This document shows positions 35,846 to 45,006 of a DNA stretch of 64,000 nt, one piece after another; position 1 is the stretch's first letter; each line of letters opens with the position of its first letter. Below the pieces are notes generated by a model. It saw only the letters and a program-made list of their open reading frames with translations. It ran no database searches and had not been told where the DNA came from. The position numbers and the translations under genes are program-made. Origin of the DNA: an uncultured Bacteroidales bacterium (lineage in GTDB: Bacteria > Bacteroidota > Bacteroidia > Bacteroidales > UBA1402); contig CAZAUQ010000002.1 in NCBI GenBank assembly GCA_964488495.1, positions 14,486 to 78,485 of the forward strand. Direction: 5' to 3'.

Positions 35846-37228
35846 TTATCTATAGGCCTCAACTTCGCTTATACTCATGGGCTTTCTCTTGTTTCCCAAC
35901 AGACGAAAGCTGTTTGCCGTTATTAGGTAATCCTCTTCGTTTCGTATACCGCCGAAGTTTCTGAATTTTTCAATTTCGTTCCAGCATAAAAAATCACTGT
36001 GTTTTTTCTCCGCTTTCCATAAGTCGATAAGTTCAGGAATAAAGTAGATGCCGGGCTCTATGGTAAAAACATGGCCGGGTTTGAGTTTTTTGGCAAAACG
36101 CAGCGATTTTAAGCCAAACTGAGTGCTTTTGGGCTCACCGTCGTAACCTACCCATATTTCGCCGAGATCTTCCATGTCGTGCACATCCAGCCCCATCTGG
36201 TGACCGGTTCCGCAGGGAAGGAACAAGGCATGTGCTCCCTGTTCAAAAGCATCTGCAGGATTCCCTTTCATTAAACCTAAAGCGATCATGCTGTCAATAA
36301 TTGACATACAAGCAGCCCGATGAATTCCTCTAAAAGTCTTGCCGGGAGCCAGGCTGTTTACGGCAGCGCGGTGAGCTCTCAAACTGGCTTCATAGACGAC
36401 TCTTTGGAGAGGGCTGAAAGTTTTGCTGACAGGAAATGTGCTCGAAAGATCTCCCGAATAATGCCGGGCTGTTTCTGCGCCTGCATCCAGCAAAAACAAA
36501 TCGCCATCTTTCAATATATTGCCGTGGTAATGATTGTGTAAAGTCTGGCCGTTAATGGTGGCGATTATCGGGAAAGAGATGTTCCCACCCTGTGCCAGTG
36601 CAATACGGTGAACTTCGGCTGCCACCTCAGCTTCAATCATGCCCGGCCTGGCTGTTTTCATGGCTGCGATATGCATGTCTACCGATGTGTCTACCGCTTT
36701 TTCAATCTCTTCAATTTCCTCTTCAGACTTTATTTCCCTTTGCTGAACTACGGCTTTGATTAAGCTCAGTGAAGCCTGCTCAGCCAGCTTTTCAATAGGA
36801 AGTTTTAAAGCTTTTGATAGCCATATTTTGTTGTCGTGTCGGTAAGGAGGAAGATAATGAATAATTCTTCCAAGAGATTTAGCTTTATTCAATAAATCAG
36901 GAAGTTGACTAATATCTCTGCTTTGTGTAATTCCAGATTTAAGAGCCTTTTCGGCAAGACTGCTTTGAGGCCCCATCCATACAATATCGTCAATACTGGC
37001 ATCTTTGCCGAACAGAATGGTTTGGCCTTCGTTGATATCTATAAGAGCCATCAATCCGGCCAGATCCAGCCCGATGTAATAAAGAAAACTACTATCCTGA
37101 CGAAACTGATAGGTGTTATCGGTGTAGTTCATAGGGCTTTCGTTGTTGCCCTGCAATAATATTACACCATTATCAACTAATTGACATAAAGTCTTACGTC
37201 GTTGAATATATGATGTTGAAGAAAACAT
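35846..37228 (-). CDS. pepP: Xaa-Pro aminopeptidase (M24B, aminopeptidase P family)
   Basis: The metal-ligand blocks DAGAETARHYSGDLSSTF, GHQMGLDVHD, FTIEPGIYF and GGIRNEED are present. I prefer ATG 37228 (MFSSTSYIQRR); the track ORF begins at a TTG at 37246. Confidence 0.87.
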   Translation of the reverse strand: MFSSTSYIQRRKTLCQLVDNGVILLQGNNESPMNYTDNTYQFRQDSSFLYYIGLDLAGLMALIDINEGQTILFGKDASIDDIVWMGPQSSLAEKALKSGITQSRDISQLPDLLNKAKSLGRIIHYLPPYRHDNKIWLSKALKLPIEKLAEQASLSLIKAVVQQREIKSEEEIEEIEKAVDTSVDMHIAAMKTARPGMIEAEVAAEVHRIALAQGGNISFPIIATINGQTLHNHYHGNILKDGDLFLLDAGAETARHYSGDLSSTFPVSKTFSPLQRVVYEASLRAHRAAVNSLAPGKTFRGIHRAACMSIIDSMIALGLMKGNPADAFEQGAHALFLPCGTGHQMGLDVHDMEDLGEIWVGYDGEPKSTQFGLKSLRFAKKLKPGHVFTIEPGIYFIPELIDLWKAEKKHSDFLCWNEIEKFRNFGGIRNEEDYLITANSFRLLGNKRKPMSISEVEAYR

Positions 37229-37315
37229 AGCTCGGATTTGATCCAAATATCAGACTTATTATTTTAACAAGCAAACAATTTCTTGTAAACAGCCGGTTTA
37301 ACAGCTAAAATATTT

Positions 37316-37323
37316 TATATTTG
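37316..37323 (+). promoter_or_regulatory. -7 box (TATATTTG) for the ADP-forming acyl-CoA synthetase gene
   Basis: This perfect match lies 36 nt upstream of ATG 37360. Confidence 0.55.
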
Positions 37324-37359
37324 TCCACTGTCTGGCAAGCTCTTTAATACCTTGAATCT

Positions 37360-39423
37360 ATGATTAACCAAGCACTTATCAATCCTCAAAGCATCGTTAT
37401 TGTCGGGGGATCAAACAACGTACACAAACCCGGTGGGCGTATTGTACGCAACCTTATAGAAGGTAAATTCCGGGGAGAACTCTATACCGTAAATCACAAA
37501 GAAGAAGCCGACATTCAAGGCATCAGAAATTTCAAAAACGTGAAGGATATCCCTGAGGTGGAGTTGGCTATTCTCTCTATTCCTGCTATAGCCTGCCCTG
37601 CTATGGTTGAAATACTCGCCAAAGAAAAAAAGGTCAAAGCCTTTATTGTGGTATCGGCTGGTTTTGGTGAAGAGACCAAAGCCGGATCTGTTTTGGAGGA
37701 ACAATTGTTCAGAATCGTGGAGGAAACCGAGACAGCACTTATAGGCCCGAATTGCATAGGTGTTATGAATATGAATTATCATGGAGTGTTTACACAACCG
37801 ATTCCGGAATTTCATAACGAGGGTGTTGATTTTATTTCCAGTTCGGGTGGCACAGCTCTTTTTATCATTGAATCCGCTTTGATGAAAGGCTTGCGTTTTT
37901 CTTCGGTCTGGTCTGTGGGAAACAGCAAGCAAAACGGTGTGGAAGATGTGCTGGAATACATGGATCTGAATTTTGATCCCCTGCGCGATTCGAAAATTAA
38001 AATGCTTTATGTGGAACAAGTCAAGAATCCTGATAAAATGTTGTACCATGCCTCCTCTCTGATAAAGAAAGGATGCAAAATTGCTGCCATTAAAGCCGGA
38101 AGCAGCGATTCCGGAAAAAGAGCAGCCTCCTCTCATACGGCCGCCATTGCCAGCAGCGATTCTGCCGTGGAGGCTTTGTTACGCAAAACGGGCATTGTGC
38201 GTTGTTACAGTCGCGAAGAACTGACAACAGTCGCCAGCATATTTACCCTGAAAGAAGCCAAAGGTAGAAATTGCGCCATTATTACTCAGGCCGGAGGTCC
38301 GGCAGTGATGTTGGCCGATGCCTTATCCAAGGGGCATATTAATGTACCTCTGCTAGAGGGAGAAAAGGTGGAGGAGTTGAAAACCAAATTGTTGCCGGGG
38401 GCGGCTGTAGGCAATCCCATTGACCTTGTAGGTACCGGTACTCCCGAGCACCTGGCAACAGCCATCGATTATTGTGAGAAATATTTTGACAACATCAATC
38501 TGATGATGGTCATTTTTGGCAGCCCGGGTTTGGTGAAAGTTTACGATGCCTACGAGGTGTTGCATAAGAAAATGGAAGAATGCTCTAAACCAATTTTTCC
38601 GGTTTTGCCTTCGATCGTAACAGCCGGTCCCGAAGTTAAAAGCTTCGTCAAAAAGGGACATGTCAATTTTTCGGACGAGGTGACCCTGGGAACTGCTCTC
38701 TCGAGGATATTGAATACACCAACCCCTGCCAGTCGCGATATACAGCTCTATGGAGTGGATGTGCCCGAAGTACGTAAAAAAATAGATCATCTTACTTACA
38801 GCGGCTTTTTAACACCACAGGATGTACGTTCCCTGTTAAGTCTGGCCAAAATCCCTTTGGTTGATGAATTGGTTACGAACGATTTGGATGCTTTAAAAGC
38901 TTTTGCTCAAAAAACAGGCTATCCGGTGGTTTTGAAGGTGGTGGGTCCGATACACAAGACCGACATTGGCGGTGTCGCACTGAATGTGCGTACCAGCGAA
39001 CATCTGCAGGTGGAATACGAACGTATGATGAGCATTCCCGAAGTAACAGCCTTGTTGATTCAGCCCATGTTAAAAGGGCAGGAACTCTATATTGGAGCCA
39101 ATTACGAGGATCGTTTCGGGCATGTTGTTTTTTGCGGCCTGGGCGGTATTTTTGTCGAAATACTCAAAGACGTTTCCTATGGTCTGGCTCCCTTATCGTA
39201 CGAGGAAACCTTTTCCATGATCCGCTCTCTTCGCAGTTATCCTATCATCAAAGGGGTCCGTGGACAAAAAGGCCTTGGGGAGCAGCAATACGCCGACATC
39301 ATTGTCAGACTGTCCACGCTCTTGCGTTTTGCCAAGGAAATCAAGGAAATGGACATTAATCCTTTGATAGCAACAGACAAGGGCATCTATGCCGTAGACG
39401 CCAGAATGCGGATAGAAAAATAG
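37360..39423 (+). CDS. ADP-forming acetyl/acyl-CoA synthetase (fused alpha-beta; CoA-binding + ligase-CoA + ATP-grasp domains)
   Basis: The 687-aa product has the N-terminus PQSIVIVGGSNNVHKPGGRIV (CoA-binding Rossmann fold). The phosphohistidine-region block is SSHTAAIAS, and the C-terminal ATP-grasp region is GYPVVLKVVGPIHKTDIGGV. Confidence 0.8.
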   Translation: MINQALINPQSIVIVGGSNNVHKPGGRIVRNLIEGKFRGELYTVNHKEEADIQGIRNFKNVKDIPEVELAILSIPAIACPAMVEILAKEKKVKAFIVVSAGFGEETKAGSVLEEQLFRIVEETETALIGPNCIGVMNMNYHGVFTQPIPEFHNEGVDFISSSGGTALFIIESALMKGLRFSSVWSVGNSKQNGVEDVLEYMDLNFDPLRDSKIKMLYVEQVKNPDKMLYHASSLIKKGCKIAAIKAGSSDSGKRAASSHTAAIASSDSAVEALLRKTGIVRCYSREELTTVASIFTLKEAKGRNCAIITQAGGPAVMLADALSKGHINVPLLEGEKVEELKTKLLPGAAVGNPIDLVGTGTPEHLATAIDYCEKYFDNINLMMVIFGSPGLVKVYDAYEVLHKKMEECSKPIFPVLPSIVTAGPEVKSFVKKGHVNFSDEVTLGTALSRILNTPTPASRDIQLYGVDVPEVRKKIDHLTYSGFLTPQDVRSLLSLAKIPLVDELVTNDLDALKAFAQKTGYPVVLKVVGPIHKTDIGGVALNVRTSEHLQVEYERMMSIPEVTALLIQPMLKGQELYIGANYEDRFGHVVFCGLGGIFVEILKDVSYGLAPLSYEETFSMIRSLRSYPIIKGVRGQKGLGEQQYADIIVRLSTLLRFAKEIKEMDINPLIATDKGIYAVDARMRIEK

Positions 39424-39432
39424 TCTTAAGGC

Positions 39433-41799
39433 TTAAATTGATTCGTGTTCGGTCCGTTGGATAATCTCGTTTTGGAGATCAGTGCCCAGATCGTTGAAAT
39501 AATCACTATATCCGGCTACTCGAACAATCAGGCCCTGATGGTTCTCGGGATTTTTTTGAGCATCCCTCAGTGTATCTGCATCAACCACATTGAATTGAAT
39601 GTGGTGGCCGTTCATTTTGAAATAAGCCCTGATCAATTGTCCCAGTTTACGAATAGCGTCATCGTTTTCAAAAAAAGCGGGGCTGAACTTTTGGTTAAGC
39701 AGGGTGCCACCGGTGTGCAGGTGATCAATTTTAGCCGCAGATTTTAGTACGGAGGTAGGACCTTTCTTGTCGGCTCCCTGAACGGGTGAAATACCTTCGG
39801 AAACCGGCAGTCCCGATTTGCGACCATCAGGGCTGGCGTGCATGACACTGCCAAAATAGACATGGCAGGTAGTGGGCAGGAGATTGATGCGGTATTGGGC
39901 TCCGCGTGGGCTGACATATCCGCTGACTGCGCGATAATAAATATCGAAGACCTCGCTGAGGTGAACATCGGCCACATCGTCGTCGTTGCCGTATTTAGAA
40001 GTATTGAACAAAAGCTGATAACGCAGTTCTTCTGCTCCGCTGAAATTGTTCTCCAGAGCATGAACTAACTCGCTGAAAGCTATTTTTTTGTCGTCGAAAA
40101 CATGCAACTTGATGGCAGTCAGCGAATCGGTGATGGTACCTAAGCCTACACCCTGCAAATAGTTGGTATTATAACGGGTTCCACCTCCCACATAATCCAT
40201 GCCTTTAGCAACGCAATCATCTATGAATAAGGAAAGGAATGGAGTAGGAATGTGTCTCATAAAGATACTTTCAATCAGGTTGCTTCCGGCCAGCTTGATG
40301 CGGACAAAGTGTTCTATCTGGGCCTTATAAGCAACCAGAAAAGATTCAAAGGAACTAAAGGAGTCAACTTTACCCGTATGTAGGCCAATTTGTTTACCTA
40401 TGCGGGGGTCAAAACCATCGTGCAGGGTTACTTCCAGGATTTTGGGCAGGTTGAAGTAACCGGTCAGGATATAGCTTTCTGTGCCGAAAGCTCCTGCTTC
40501 TACGCAGCCACTGCAGCCTCCGTTACGGGCATCTTCCAGGCTTTTCCCTTGATTTAAAAGCTCTTGAATTATAGCATCGGTGTTAAAAATGGAAGGTTGC
40601 CCAAAGCCTGTTTTAGTGATTTTTAGGGCACGTTCAATAAAAGCGTCGGGATTTTTTTCACTCAGCTGCACCATGGAGCTGGGTTGCAACAACCTCATTT
40701 CTTCTATAACGTCCAACAATATAAAACTCATTTCGTTCACTGCGTCTTTCCCGTCGGGCGTGAGACCACCGTGATTGATCAGCGAGAAATCGGTATACGT
40801 ATTGCTTTCCTGGGCAGTGATTCCGACTTTGGGAGGAGCCGGGTGGTTGTTGAATTTTATCCAGAAAGATTGCAGGATTTCAACGGCTTGTTCTTTGCTC
40901 AGGCTTCCGGCAGCTGTTTCTGCCTGGTAAAAAGGATACAGATGCTGGTCCAGCCTTCCGGGATTGAAGGAATCCCAGGGATTGAGTTCGGTGATTACAC
41001 CCAGATGGATAAACCAGTAATGTTGCAGCACTTCATGAAAACACGAGGGAGCATGAGCCGGAACACGACGGCAAATGCCGGCCATCCTGATCAATTCCTT
41101 GCGACGTTTATCGTTGGTTTCGTCAGCAGCCAACTCTTCCAGTTTTTGAGCGTGGCGTTCGGCGTATTCCATAATGGCATAGGCTGCAATCTCCATGGCT
41201 TTGAGCTCTTCCAGCTTGTCGTAAGCAGAAGCATCGTTCAATGGATCGATGTTGGCACGACTATGCTTTATGTCTTCAAGTATATCCAGCATACCTTTTT
41301 GAAACAACTTATAACCTGCCACCGTATGGCCGGGAGCCCGTTGTTCCATAAACTCAGTAAAAATGCCTGCCTGATATGCGTTCAGCCATTCGGGACTCAT
41401 GCTTTCCATAATGCGGTCGCGGTTGCAACGCCCCTTCCAGAATGGAATGATAATGTCTTCGTAGGCTTTTCGGGTTTCCTTGTCCACCCGGAACCAGACC
41501 TTTTCTCTGGTATCTAGTATATCAAGATCCTGCAGCGAATGCACGTTGATTTCGGGATAGGTAGGAGTGGCTTTTGGAGCCGGCCCGCGTTCACCTACAA
41601 TCAGTTCATTGTCGTTGATGCAGATGCTTTTGTTTCTCAATATATATTGCAAAGACTTTGCACGCTGAACCGGTATGGAGTCACCAAAAGCAAGGTGTTT
41701 GCTGTAGAATTCTGTTATCAGCAAAGCTCTTTCGGCATTGATGCAGTTGACAGCCTCCAGGCTTTCCCGGCGAAGTTGTTTGATACGTTCGGTCATCAT
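39433..41799 (-). CDS. glycyl radical enzyme of the PFL2/glycerol-dehydratase-like (eliminase-type) group; substrate unknown
   Basis: It is about 788 aa from ATG 41799 (MMTERIKQLRRESLE); the track ORF starts at a TTG at 41853. The C-terminal glycyl-radical motif is LIVRVAGYSDYF, with the Gly codon at 39511..39513. The Cys loop is GGCSGCVEAGAFG (thiyl Cys followed by V-E). Confidence 0.9.
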   Translation of the reverse strand: MMTERIKQLRRESLEAVNCINAERALLITEFYSKHLAFGDSIPVQRAKSLQYILRNKSICINDNELIVGERGPAPKATPTYPEINVHSLQDLDILDTREKVWFRVDKETRKAYEDIIIPFWKGRCNRDRIMESMSPEWLNAYQAGIFTEFMEQRAPGHTVAGYKLFQKGMLDILEDIKHSRANIDPLNDASAYDKLEELKAMEIAAYAIMEYAERHAQKLEELAADETNDKRRKELIRMAGICRRVPAHAPSCFHEVLQHYWFIHLGVITELNPWDSFNPGRLDQHLYPFYQAETAAGSLSKEQAVEILQSFWIKFNNHPAPPKVGITAQESNTYTDFSLINHGGLTPDGKDAVNEMSFILLDVIEEMRLLQPSSMVQLSEKNPDAFIERALKITKTGFGQPSIFNTDAIIQELLNQGKSLEDARNGGCSGCVEAGAFGTESYILTGYFNLPKILEVTLHDGFDPRIGKQIGLHTGKVDSFSSFESFLVAYKAQIEHFVRIKLAGSNLIESIFMRHIPTPFLSLFIDDCVAKGMDYVGGGTRYNTNYLQGVGLGTITDSLTAIKLHVFDDKKIAFSELVHALENNFSGAEELRYQLLFNTSKYGNDDDVADVHLSEVFDIYYRAVSGYVSPRGAQYRINLLPTTCHVYFGSVMHASPDGRKSGLPVSEGISPVQGADKKGPTSVLKSAAKIDHLHTGGTLLNQKFSPAFFENDDAIRKLGQLIRAYFKMNGHHIQFNVVDADTLRDAQKNPENHQGLIVRVAGYSDYFNDLGTDLQNEIIQRTEHESI

Positions 41800-41815
41800 A
41801 ATAAACAGATTAATG

Positions 41816-42613
41816 TCAACCTCCGATTTTAGTTTCAAATCCCACTCGCTCAAATTGTTCCTTCATCCTTAATAAGCTCGATTTTGGGAGACTTTGCAAT
41901 GAACTCAGTGAATTCTCTTTTTTGAATCGCAGGTATTTGTGGTTGGCCATGTTGTGATAAGGTAAGAGGTCCACTCCCTTAATGTTGCCGGGATGGGCCG
42001 CTAAAAAACGCAGGCATTCGTCAATGTTCTCCTGATTGAAATTAATTTCGGGAATAACCGGAATGCGAATTCTGAGAGGGTGCTTGTTGTCGAGCAGGTA
42101 AATCAGATTGTCGAGAATAAGCTTATTTGAGACAGCAGTGAAATAATGATGAGCCTGGTCGTTCATCAGTTTCAGGTCATACAAAAAAAGATCAGTATAA
42201 GGAGAAATAGCCTGAATAACAGAGAGCTTTGCATATCCGGAAGTGTCTACCACCGTGTGTAATCCTTCCTTTTTACAAGCAATGAGCAGCGCTTTTAAAA
42301 AAGTATATTGCATCATGGGTTCACCTCCCGAGAATGTGACTCCGCCTTCTGAAGAGTCCATGAATACTTTTTCTTTGAGCAATTCCTGCATTACCTGTTC
42401 AACAGACATAGTGAATCCGACCCTTTCTTCTTCTTGAAAAAGTTTTCCATCCACGCTGATGCTTTTACTGACAGTTTGAGGATCAGGGCTGATGCCCTCC
42501 GGGTTGTGGCACCAGGCACAACAAAGAGGGCAGCCTTTCAGAAAGACGGTAGTTCTGATGCCAGGTCCATCGTGGACGGCAAAACGTTTGATGTCAAATA
42601 CCAGACCTTGCAT
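41816..42613 (-). CDS. glycyl-radical enzyme activating protein (radical SAM), short form without auxiliary Fe-S cluster motifs
   Basis: It begins MQGLVFDIKRFAVHDGPGIRTTVFLKGCPLCCAWCHNPE from ATG 42613; the track start is a TTG at 42619. The C-x3-C-x2-C motif is C-PLC-C-AW-C, and GGEPMM is the SAM-binding block. Only two further Cys residues occur in the whole protein. Confidence 0.9.
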   Translation of the reverse strand: MQGLVFDIKRFAVHDGPGIRTTVFLKGCPLCCAWCHNPEGISPDPQTVSKSISVDGKLFQEEERVGFTMSVEQVMQELLKEKVFMDSSEGGVTFSGGEPMMQYTFLKALLIACKKEGLHTVVDTSGYAKLSVIQAISPYTDLFLYDLKLMNDQAHHYFTAVSNKLILDNLIYLLDNKHPLRIRIPVIPEINFNQENIDECLRFLAAHPGNIKGVDLLPYHNMANHKYLRFKKENSLSSLQSLPKSSLLRMKEQFERVGFETKIGG

Positions 42614-42641
42614 GCTCAAACGATAAAAAGGTTGCCTTAAA

Positions 42642-43955
42642 TTATTTTTTCAAACGTTCGTATTCACAGGAAGCCATGGTAAAAGAACCTATGGCTTTGC
42701 CTTCGTTTTGGGTGATGGTTACATCGCTGCCGCAAAGATAATAATTGATGGTGCCGGTGCGCGATGGATTACGGGCAGGTCCGAGTCCGGCGGAGGCGCA
42801 ACTCTGAATAATATTGATACTTTGATCGGGATTGACGGTAATAAATTGATCAATTAAGCCCTGATAAGCTTTTTCAATTGTGGGCATAAAGCTCTTTTTG
42901 TTCAGTAAGCCCAGTCGCACACCTTTGGCCATTGCGTAACAGAACATGCCGGAAGCAGATGATTCCAGGTAATTTGGTAAATTTCCGATATTGTAGCGTT
43001 GCCCGTTTACCAGATCGCCCAGTCCGTCAGCAGTTGTAGTTTCGTCGTATTGCAACAATTGATACCAACAGCCCGATTTTTTATCTTGCCAGCGTTGCAG
43101 GCCCAAAGCCACCTGAGTATATATTTCGTGCAAGGCTTTGTAGTCCGGATGTTCTTTAGGCATCAGTTCCAGCACGTCAACCAGAGCGGCAAAGTACCAT
43201 CCGTTTCCTCTGGCCCAAAACTCTTTGGAAGCTCCCAAAAATGGTTCTTGCTGATTGGCCCAGAAAGAATTGAGATCTGAGGGGGAAGCAGACCAGGCAT
43301 GATAATTGAGTTGTTTGTCGCTATCCCAGGTATACCGGTGTATAGTCTTGAACTGATGGGCAATGTCAGACCATGACTCAGTGTTGTCGGGCCCTCCGAA
43401 AGTGGCTTCCCATTCGGCATAAAAGGCAGCTCCCATATACAGTCCGTCCAGCCACATCTGGTCGGGATAGCGTTCTTTATGTATAAAACCTCCGGCTCCG
43501 GGTTTAGGTTCAAGGATCCGTGTGTGATCGTTTTTAAGCATGTTATACATAAAAGTTGCAGCAGTTTTGTATTTCCCGGCACTTTGATTATCGCCGTCTT
43601 TCAGGGCCTGTTTGTACAGGTCAAAAAAGATTTTGCCCGCATTGATGGCATCGACATCGTTTTTTCTCAGTTTGAGAGGAGCAGAAGGATCGTCCTGGAG
43701 CTGGCGGTCTGCGTATGCTTTGACTGCATCATAATAATGCCTTTTATCGGGATACAATTCAAAGGTTTTCAATACACTTTTTGCCATCAGGCCGGGGACA
43801 TAGCTAAAATCAGCTTGAAGTAATGTGCTGGTGTTCCGGTTGTTGTTGAATGTGCTCAGGCTGAGCGATTCGACCATTTTTTGCGAATAGGGCTGGCTTG
43901 AACTTCCGTTACAGGCAATCAGAGTAAAAAAGAAAAGAGGGAAAAAATACTTCAT
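42642..43955 (-). CDS. GH88/GH105-family unsaturated glycuronyl / rhamnogalacturonyl hydrolase, lipoprotein
   Basis: I use the start MKYFFPLFFFTLIACNGSS (lipobox) at 43955. The blocks QMWLDGLYMGAAFYAEW and ARGNGWYFAAL are typical of the (alpha/alpha)6 GH88/GH105 fold. Confidence 0.75.
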   Translation of the reverse strand: MKYFFPLFFFTLIACNGSSSQPYSQKMVESLSLSTFNNNRNTSTLLQADFSYVPGLMAKSVLKTFELYPDKRHYYDAVKAYADRQLQDDPSAPLKLRKNDVDAINAGKIFFDLYKQALKDGDNQSAGKYKTAATFMYNMLKNDHTRILEPKPGAGGFIHKERYPDQMWLDGLYMGAAFYAEWEATFGGPDNTESWSDIAHQFKTIHRYTWDSDKQLNYHAWSASPSDLNSFWANQQEPFLGASKEFWARGNGWYFAALVDVLELMPKEHPDYKALHEIYTQVALGLQRWQDKKSGCWYQLLQYDETTTADGLGDLVNGQRYNIGNLPNYLESSASGMFCYAMAKGVRLGLLNKKSFMPTIEKAYQGLIDQFITVNPDQSINIIQSCASAGLGPARNPSRTGTINYYLCGSDVTITQNEGKAIGSFTMASCEYERLKK

Positions 43956-44113
43956 AATATAGTTTAATCTAATGATGTACAATCGTTTGATATGTAGGTA
44001 TATACTGTATTAATAACTAAACAAGATTTTCTCAAATGGAAGATTCAATACTTAATAAAAAAAAGAATCGGGCAGTAAAAATACGAAAAAATCTGCATTC
44101 CTTTAAAATTATG

Positions 44114-44121
44114 TATTTTTG
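44114..44121 (+). promoter_or_regulatory. -7 box (TATTTTTG) for fabD
   Basis: This perfect match lies 23 nt upstream of ATG 44145. Confidence 0.55.
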
Positions 44122-44144
44122 CCCCGCATTATAACTACAAATTT

Positions 44145-45005
44145 ATGAAAGCATATGTATTTCCCGGACAGGGAGCCCAATTTACAGGTATGGGCAAAGA
44201 CCTGTACGATAGTTCCAATGAAGCAAAGAAGTTTTTTAAACAGGCCAACGAAATCCTGGGATTTGATCTGGTAAAAATTATGTTTGAAGGAAGCGAAGAA
44301 GACCTGAAACAAACCCGGGTCACACAACCGGCTATCTTTTTACATTCGTTGGTAGCAGCCAAATGTCTGCCCGATTTCAAACCGGATATGGTTGCCGGCC
44401 ATTCTTTGGGAGAATTTTCAGCTTTGACAGCGGCCGGAGCATTGGCTTTTGAAGACGGCCTGAGTCTGGTTTATAAAAGAGCTATGGCCATGCAGGCAGC
44501 CTGCGAAAAGAATCCTTCAACCATGGCCGCCGTATTGGGGGCCACAGACGAGTTGGTCGAAAATACCTGTCATTCAATAAACACAGAAACTGTGGTTCCG
44601 GCCAATTACAATTGTCCGGGACAAATTGTGATTTCGGGAAGTTTCAAAGGAGTGGAGCTGGCTTCTGAACAACTCAAAGCCGCAGGTGTAAAACGCGTAT
44701 TACCTCTCAAGGTTGGGGGAGCGTTTCATTCTCCCCTTATGGAAAGTGCCGCAGTAGAATTGCAGGCTGCCATCAAACAAACCCGTTTTAGTTCTCCTTG
44801 TTGTCCGGTATATCAAAACGTCGACGCCAAACCTTATACTGATCCCGCCACCATACAAAAGAATCTGATTGCTCAGCTGACTTCTCCGGTGCGTTGGACA
44901 CAAAGTGTTGTGGCGATGCTAAAAGACGGAGCCGATGAATTCATAGAACTGGGCCCCGGGGCAGTATTACAAGGCTTGATTGCTAAAATCAGGGCAAATC
45001 AATAA
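44145..45005 (+). CDS. fabD: malonyl-CoA:ACP transacylase
   Basis: The 286-aa product begins FPGQGAQFTGMG, has the active-site block GHSLGEFSAL, and carries GAFHSPLM. Confidence 0.95.
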   Translation: MKAYVFPGQGAQFTGMGKDLYDSSNEAKKFFKQANEILGFDLVKIMFEGSEEDLKQTRVTQPAIFLHSLVAAKCLPDFKPDMVAGHSLGEFSALTAAGALAFEDGLSLVYKRAMAMQAACEKNPSTMAAVLGATDELVENTCHSINTETVVPANYNCPGQIVISGSFKGVELASEQLKAAGVKRVLPLKVGGAFHSPLMESAAVELQAAIKQTRFSSPCCPVYQNVDAKPYTDPATIQKNLIAQLTSPVRWTQSVVAMLKDGADEFIELGPGAVLQGLIAKIRANQ

Positions 45006-45006
45006 T

